A stretch of 64,000 nt of DNA from Eledone cirrhosa. Taxonomy: Eukaryota. Within the stretch, counting starts at the first letter, position 1, and every line of letters starts with the position of its first letter. Below, piece after piece: positions 55,880-64,000 of the stretch. The notes under the pieces were generated by a model. That model saw only the letters and a list, made by a program, of their open reading frames with translations. It was not told the DNA's origin and searched no databases. The DNA lies in contig OZ024742.1 of NCBI GenBank assembly GCA_964016885.1, positions 224,254,001 through 224,318,000 on the forward strand, written 5' to 3'. The position numbers and the translations under genes are program-made.

Positions 55880-56370
55880 ATGCAGTGAGAGTAATACTCA
55901 AAAGGGAGAAATGTTTATACTTAAAGAAAAAAATGATACCGGGTAGTGTGTTATGTTATGTTTATAACAAAGTACTTGAAATTATTATGCAGTGAGAACA
56001 AGAGTGAAAAAAGAGAGAAACGTTTATATTTAAAGAATGGATACCCAATAGTGTGCGTATGTTATGTTTATAACAAACTACTTTTATACTTTTACACGGT
56101 GAGAATTAATAATAAAAAGAGTGAAATGTTTACATATAGAGAAGAATGGGTATCCAGTAATATGTGTATATTATGTTTATAACAAACTACTTGGAATTAT
56201 TATATAGTAAGGATAGCAATTACAAGAGAGAAATATTTATATTAAGAGAAAAATGGACACCCAATATTGTGTATATATTATATTTTTAACAAACTACTTT
56301 AAATTGTTATAGAGTGAGAATAACAGTCGAAAGAGATGTTTATACTTAGAGATAATAATAGGTACCCAGT
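55880..56370. repeat. 107-bp tandem repeat, about 4.5 diverged copies
   Basis: Unit starts near 55882, 55989, 56096, 56203 and 56310. Confidence 0.85.
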
Positions 56371-56375
56371 AGTGT

Positions 56376-56574
56376 ACCAGGCCTATCAACTCTCCCCGTC
56401 CGACGCGGTGATCTCCCACCCACTTTGGGTTGAGTCACAGATGTCTTCTGTTGTGAAAATGGGTATAGCTTTCATTATGTACAATCTCCCCATTTGCCTC
56501 GTTTCTTCCCGTTTTAGGGCATTTTTTTCATTGTAATCCTCGTTTGCGTTTTTTTTGAAGGTTGGCAGGTCTGG
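56376..56574. mobile_element. Possible MITE
   Basis: CCAGGCCTATCAAC ... GTTGGCAGGTCTGG imperfect TIRs; no clear TSD. Confidence 0.45.
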
Positions 56575-56733
56575 AATACTATGTTTTTAACAGAGCAGTT
56601 GAAATTTTGAACATAACTCACGGAGCCCCAGTACTTCTTTAGTAAACCGCCAGTTCTATCAGTGGTCCACAGATCCCAGGTATCACCTTTGTGTACTCCC
56701 CAATACTACCTTTGTTTACCCCATTTGTGAACC

Positions 56734-59700
56734 CTAGTACTGTGTACACCCAGTACCATGGACCACACAGTACTGTGGACCACACAGTACTGTGGACCAC
56801 ACAGTACTGCGTACACCCAGGACTGTGGACCACCTAGTACTGTGGACCACACAGTACTGTGTACACCCAGGACTGTGTACACCCAGGACTGTGGACCACC
56901 CAGTACTGTGGACCACACAGTACTGTATACACCCAGGACTGTGGACCACCCAGTACTGTGGATCACACAGTACTGTGTACACCCAGGACTGTGGACCACC
57001 CAGTACTGAGGACCACACAGTACTGTGGACCACACAGTACTGTGTACACCCAGGACTGTGGACCACCCAGGACTGTGGACCAGACAGTACTGTGTACACC
57101 CAGGACTGTGGACCACCCAGGACTGTGGACCACACAGTACTGTGGACAACACAGTACTGTGTACACCCAGGACTGTGTACCACCCAGGACTGTGGACCAC
57201 ACAGTACTGTGTACACCCAGGACTGTGGACCACCCAGTACTGTGGACCATACAGTACTGTGTACATCCAGTACTGTGGACCACACAGTAGTGTGTGGTCC
57301 ACAGTACTGGGTGGTCCACAGTCCTGGGTGTACACAGTACTGTGGACCACACAGTACTGTGGACCACACAGTACTGTGTACACCCAGGAGTGTGGACCAC
57401 ACAGTACTGTGGACCACACAGTAATGTGTACACCCAGGACTGTGGACCACCCAGGACTGTGGACCACACAGTACTGTGTACACCCAGGACTGTGGACCAC
57501 CCAGGACTGTGGACCACACAGTACTGTGGACCACACAGTACTGTGGACCACACAGTACTGTGTACATCGAGGACTGTGTACACCCAGGACTGTGGACCAC
57601 ACAGTACTGTGTACACCCAGGACTGTGGACCCCAGGACTGTGGACCACCCAGTACTGTGGACCACACAGTACTGTGTGGTCCACAGTACTGGGTGGTCCA
57701 CAGTCCTTGGTGTACACAGTACTGTGTGGTCCACAGTACTGTGTGGTCCACAGTCCTGGGTGGTCCACAGTCCTGGGTGTACACAGTACTGTGTGGTCCA
57801 CAGTACTGGGTGGTCCACAGTCTTGGGTGGTCCACAGTCCTGGGTGTACACAGTACTGTGTGGTCCACAGTACTGTGTGGTCCACAGTCCTGGGTGTACA
57901 CAGTAATGTGTGGTCCACAGTCCTGGGTGGTCCACAGTCCTGGGTGTATACAGTACTGTGTGGTCCAAAGTACTGGGTGGTCCACAGTCCTGGGTGTACA
58001 CAGTACTGTGTGGTCCACAGTACTGTGTGGTCCACAGTACTGTGTACACCCAGGATGTGGACCACCCAGTACTGTGGACCACACAGTACTGGGTGGTCCA
58101 CAGTAGTGGATGTACACAGTACTGTGTGGTCCACAGTACTGGGTGGTCCACAGTCCTGGGTGTATACAGTACTGTGTGGTCCACAGTACTGTGTGGTCCA
58201 CAGTACTGTGTGGTCCACAATACTGGGTGGTCCACAGTACTGTGTGGTCCACAGTACTGTGTGGTCCACAGTCCTGGGTGGTCCACAGTACTGGGTGGTC
58301 CACAGTACGGTGTGGTCCACAGTACTGGGTGGTTCACATTCCTGGGTGTACACAGTCCTGGGTGTACACACTACTGTGTGGTCCACAGTACTGGGTGGTC
58401 CACAGTCCTGGGTGTACACAGTACTGGGTGGTCCACAGTCCTGGGTATACACAGTACTGTGTGGTCCACAGTACTGTGTACACCCAGGACTGTGGACCAC
58501 ACAGTACTGTGTACACCCAGGACTGTGGACCACGCAGGACTGTGGACAACACAGTACTGTGTACACCCAGGACTGTGGACCACCCAGTACTGTGGACCAC
58601 ACAGTGCTGTGTACACCCAGGACTGTGGACCACCCAGTACTGTGGACCAGACAGAACTGTGTACACCCAGTACTGTGTATACCCAGTACTGTGGAGAACA
58701 CAGTACTGTGTACACCCAGGACTGTGGACCACCCAGGACTGTGGACCACCCAGTACTGTGGACCACACATTACTGAGTACACCCAGGACTGTGGACCACA
58801 CAGTAGTGTGTACACCCAGGACTATGGACCACACAGTCCTGTGGACCACACAGGACTGTGGACCACCCATTACTGTGGACCACACAGTACTGTGGACCGC
58901 ACAGTACTGTGTACACCCAGGACTGTGGACCACCCAGTACTGTGGACCACACAGTACTGTGGACCACACAGTACTGTGTACACCCAGGACTGTGGACCAC
59001 CCAGGACTGTGGACCACACAGTACTGTGGACCACACAGTACTGTGTACACCCAGGACTGTGGACCACCCAGGACTGTGGACCACACAGTACTGTGGACCA
59101 CACAGTACTGTGGACCACACAGTACTGTGTACACCCAGGACTGTGGACCACCCTGGACTGTGGACCACCCAGTACTGTGGACCACACAGTACTGTGTACA
59201 CCCAGTACTGTGGACCACCCAGTACTGTGGACCACACAGTACTGTGTACACCCAGTACTGTGGACCATCCAGTACTGTGAACCACACAGTACTGTGTAGA
59301 CCCAGGACTGTCGACCACCCAGTACTGTGGACCACACAGTACTGTATACACCCAGGACTGTGGACCACACAGTACTGTGGACCACACAGTACTGTGTACA
59401 CCCAGGACTGTGTACACCCAGGACTGTGTGGTCCACAGTACTGTGGACCACACAGTACTGTGTACATCCAGTACTGTGGACCACACAGTACTGTGTGGTC
59501 CACAGTACTGTTGTGTCCACAGTACTGGGTGTACACAGTACTGTGTGGTCCACAGTACTTGGTGGTCCACAGTACTGTGTACACCTAGGACTGTGGACCT
59601 CCCAGTACTGTGGACCTCACTATACTGTGTACACCCAGGACTGTGGACCACCCAGTACTGTGGACCACACAGTACTGTGGACCACACAGTACTGTGTACA

Positions 59701-62700
59701 CCCAGGACTGTGGACCACCCAGGACTGTGGACCACACAGTACTGTGGACCACACAGTACTGTGGACCACACAGTACTGTGTACACCCAGGACTGTGGACC
59801 ACCCTGGACTGTGGACCACCCAGTACTGTGGACCACACAGTCCTGTGTACACCCAGTACTGTGGACCACCCAGTACTGTGGACCTCACTGTACTGTGTAC
59901 ACCCAGGACTGTGGACCACCCTGGACTGTGGACCACCCAGTACTGTGGACCACACAGTCCTGTGTACACCCAGTACTGTGGACCACCCAGTACTGTGGAC
60001 CTCACTGTACTGTGTACACCCAGGACTGTGGACCACCCAGTACTGTGGACCACACAGTACTGTGGACCACACAGTACTGTGTACACCCAGGACTGTGGAC
60101 CACCCAGGACTGTGGACCACACAGTACTGTGGACCACACAGTACTGTGTACACCCAGGACTGTGGACCACCCAGGACTGTGGACCACACAGTACTGTGTA
60201 CACCCAGGACTGTGGACCACCCAGTACTGTGGACCACACAGTCCTGTGTACACACAGTACTGTGGACCACCCAGTACTGTGGACCTCACTGTACTGTGTA
60301 CACCCAGGACTGTGGACCACCCAGTACTGTGGACCACACAGTACTGTGTACACCCAGGACTGTGTACACCCAGGACTGTGGACCACCCAGTACTGTGGCC
60401 CTCACTGTACTGTGTACACCCAGGACTGTGGACCACCCAGTACTGTGGACCACACAGTACTGTGGACCACACAGTACTGTGTACACCCAGGACTGTGGAC
60501 CACCCAGTAATGTGGACCTCACTGTACTGTGTACACCCAGGACTGTGGACCACCCAGTACTGTGGACCACACAGTACTGTGGACCACACAGTACTGTATA
60601 CACCCAGGACTGTGGACCACCCAGGACTGTGGACCACACAGTACTGTGGACCACACAGTACTGTGGACCACACAGTACTGTGGACCACACAGTAGTGTGT
60701 ACACCCAGGAATGTGGACCACCCAGGACTCTGGACCACACAGTACTGTGTACACTCAGGACTGTGGACCACCCAGTACTGTGGACCACACAGTATTGTGT
60801 ACACCCAGTACTGTGGACCACACAGTAGTGTGTACACCCAGGACTGTGGGCCACCCAGTACTGTGGACCACACAGTATTGTGTACACCCAGTACTGTGTA
60901 TACCCAGTACTGTGGACCACACAGTACTGTGTACACCCAGGACTGTGGACCACCCAGGACTGTGGACCACCCAGTACTGTGGACCACACATTACTGAGTA
61001 CACCCAGGACTGTGGACCACACAGTAGTGTGTACACCCAGGACTATGGACCACACAGTCCTGTAGACCACACAGGACTGTGGACCACCCATTACTGTGGA
61101 CCACACAGTACTGTGGACCGCACAGTACTGTGTACACCCAGGACTGTGGACCACCCAGTACTGTGGACCACACAGTACTGTGGACCACACAGTACTGTGT
61201 ACACCCAGGACTGTGGACCACCCAGTACTGTGGACCACACAGTACTGTGTACACCCAGGACTGTGGACCACCCAGTACTGTGGACCACACAGTACTGTAT
61301 ACACCCAGGACAGTGGACCACCCAGTACTGTGGACCACACAGTACTGTGTACACCCAGGACTGTGGACCACCCAGTACTGTGGACCACCCAGTACTGTGG
61401 ACCACAGAGTACTGTGTACACCCAGTACTGTGGACCACCCAGTACTGTGGACCACACAGTACTGTGTACACCCAGTACTGTGGACCATCCAGTACTGTGA
61501 ACCACACAGTACTGTATGCACCCAGGACAGTGGACCACCCAGTACTGTGGACCACACAGTACTGTGTAGACCCAGGACTGTGGACCACCCAGTACTGTGG
61601 ACCACACAGTACTGTATACCACCAGGAATGTGGACCACCCAGTACTGTGGACCACACAGTACTGTGTACACCCAGGACTGTGTACACCCAGGACTGTGTG
61701 GTCCACAGTACTGTGGACCACACAGTACTGTGTACATCCAGTACTGTGGACCACACAGTACTGTGTGGTCCACAGTACTGTTGTGTCCACAGTACTGGGT
61801 GTACACAGTACTGTGTGGTCCACAGTACTTGGTGGTCCACAGTACTGTGTACACCTAGGACTGTGGACCGCCCAGTACTGTGGACCTCACTGTACTGTGT
61901 ACACCCAGGACTGTGGACCACCCAGTACTGTGGACCACACAGTACTGTGGACCACACAGTACTGTGTACACCCAGGACTGTGGACCACCCAGGACTGTGG
62001 ACCACACAGTACTGTGGACCACACAGTACTGTGGACCACACAGTACTGTGTACACCCAGGACTGTGGACCACCCTGGACTGTGGACCACCCAGTACTGTG
62101 GACCACACAGTCCTGTGTACACCCAGTACTGTGGACCACCCACTACTGTGGACCTCACTGTACTGTGTACACCCAGGACTGTGGACCACCCAGTACTGTG
62201 GACCACACAGTACTGTGTACACCCAGGACTGTGTACACCCAGGACTGTGGACCACCCAGTACTGTGGACCTCACTGTACTGTGTACACCCAGGACTGTGG
62301 ACCACCCAGTACTGTGGACCACACAGTACTGTGGACCACACAGTACTGTGTACACCCAGGACTGTGGACCACCCAGGACTGTGGACCACACAGTACTGTG
62401 GACCACACAGTACTGTGGACCACACAGTACTGTGTACACCCAGGACTGTGGACCACCCAGGACTGTGGACCACACAGTACTGTGTACACCCAGGACTGTG
62501 GACCACCCAGTACTGTGGACCACACAGTCCTGTGTACACACAGTACTGTGGACCACCCAGTACTGTGGACCTCACTGTACTGTGTACACCCAGGACTGTG
62601 GACCACCCAGTACTGTGGACCACACAGTACTGTGTACACCCAGGACTGTGTACACCCAGGACTGTGGACCACCCAGTACTGTGGACCTCACTGTACTGTG

Positions 62701-63493
62701 TACACCCAGGACTGTGGACCACCCAGTACTGTGGACCACACAGTACTGTGGACCACACAGTACTGTGTACACCCAGGACTGTGGACCACCCAGTACTGTG
62801 GACCTCACTGTACTGTGTACACCCAGGACTGTGGACCACCCAGTACTGTGGACCACACAGTACTGTGGACCACACAGTACTGTATACACCCAGGACTGTG
62901 GACCACCCAGGACTGTGGACCACACAGTACTGTGGACCACACAGTACTGTGGACCACACAGTAGTGTGTACACCCAGGACTGTGGACCACCCAGGACTCT
63001 GGACCACACAGTACTGTGTACACTCAGGACTGTGGACCACCCAGTACTGTGGACCACACAGTATTGTGTACACCCAGTACTGTGGACCACACAGTAGTGT
63101 GTACACCCAGGATTGTGGACCACCCAGTACTGTGGACCACACAGTATTGTGTACACCCAGTACTGTGTATACCCAGTACTGTGGACCACACAGTACTGTG
63201 TACACCCAGGACTGTGGACCACCCAGGACTGTGGACCACACAGTACTGTGTACACCCAGGACTGTGGACCACCCAGTACTGTGGACCACCCAGTACTGTG
63301 GACCACACAGTACTGTGTACACCCAGGACTGTGGACCACCCAGTACTGTGGACCACACAGTACTGTGTACACCCAGGACTGTGGACCACCCAGTACTGTG
63401 GACCACACAGTACTGTGTACACCCAGGACTGTGGACCACCCAGTACTATATACTCCCAGTACTGCTTCCCTCCCCCCTTTCCCTGCCAGTACT
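56734..63493. repeat. 6.7-kb palindromic minisatellite of 17-bp (TGTGGACCAC(A/C)CAG(T/G)AC) and 16-bp (TGTGTACACCCAGGAC) units with internal inversions
   Basis: Direct reading; the consensus units contain no stop codon on either strand. Confidence 0.97.
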
Positions 63494-63857
63494 GCCTACG
63501 TAGACCCGAAGGGGTTTCCAGATCCCAGGTTAGGAACCCTTGACCTAAACCCATCTGATCAACAAGTTTTTCCTCTTCTCTCCACGTCATACATTTTAGG
63601 ACTTGTTCTGCACTAAATAAACACTTCTTCCTCCAGCCTTTCCTCTCCTCAACTCTTCCCCCTCCTCTGAAAATCTCCCCGCCATGTTTTTCCTATTTTC
63701 CTACACACATTCCCCTACAGATGTTCAAATTAGACGCCAACCTCATCAATCCATTATAAACTGGAATACATTTTGATAATTGATTTTTAATATATTCTTC
63801 CAATATTGTTTTTTATTGATTTATTAATATTTTGTCATGCGTATGTGTGTATGTGTA

Positions 63858-63927
<70 letters not shown>

Positions 63928-64000
63928 GGTGTGTGTGTGTGAGTGTGTATGTGCATGTTTGTGTGCGTGAGTGTGGGGGTGTTTATTTGTGTGTGTGTAT

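Noticed and set aside
56734-63493. CRISPR-like palindromic repeats
   Set aside because: No unique spacers, no cas genes, eukaryotic context.
56706-63616. Dozens of long ORFs (up to 930 aa) in all six frames
   Set aside because: The repeat units lack stop codons on both strands and 16/17-bp units rotate through the same peptides; no coding signal.

Overview
Eukaryotic, AT- and microsatellite-rich, apparently non-genic DNA. The SINE and repeat content looks like an octopus/cephalopod genome (inference). I found no credible host protein-coding exon; nearly all ORFs in the track are read-throughs of simple or tandem repeats. Layout: (1) 1-13.9 kb, a compound C/A-rich satellite of 57-bp units alternating with 51/62-bp units, with higher-order structure. 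(2) 14-56 kb, microsatellites, tRNA-derived SINEs, Tc1/mariner and hAT MITEs, a decayed mariner, a non-autonomous Helitron, and LINE fragments including a 5'-inverted RTE. (3) 56.7-63.5 kb, a palindromic 16/17-bp minisatellite that repeatedly flips orientation. Main discovery: short non-coding elements beside (TA)n tracts carry at least five unrelated families of type I hammerhead ribozyme folds (CUGAnGA...GAAA...UH with stems I-III). Several have unusually long stem II/loop 2 and four families share a U.U mismatch at 10.1-11.1. They occur as inverted pairs or as a terminally redundant 343-nt monomer, as expected for Penelope-like pseudo-LTRs or non-LTR retrozymes. Folds were paired by eye and self-cleavage is untested.
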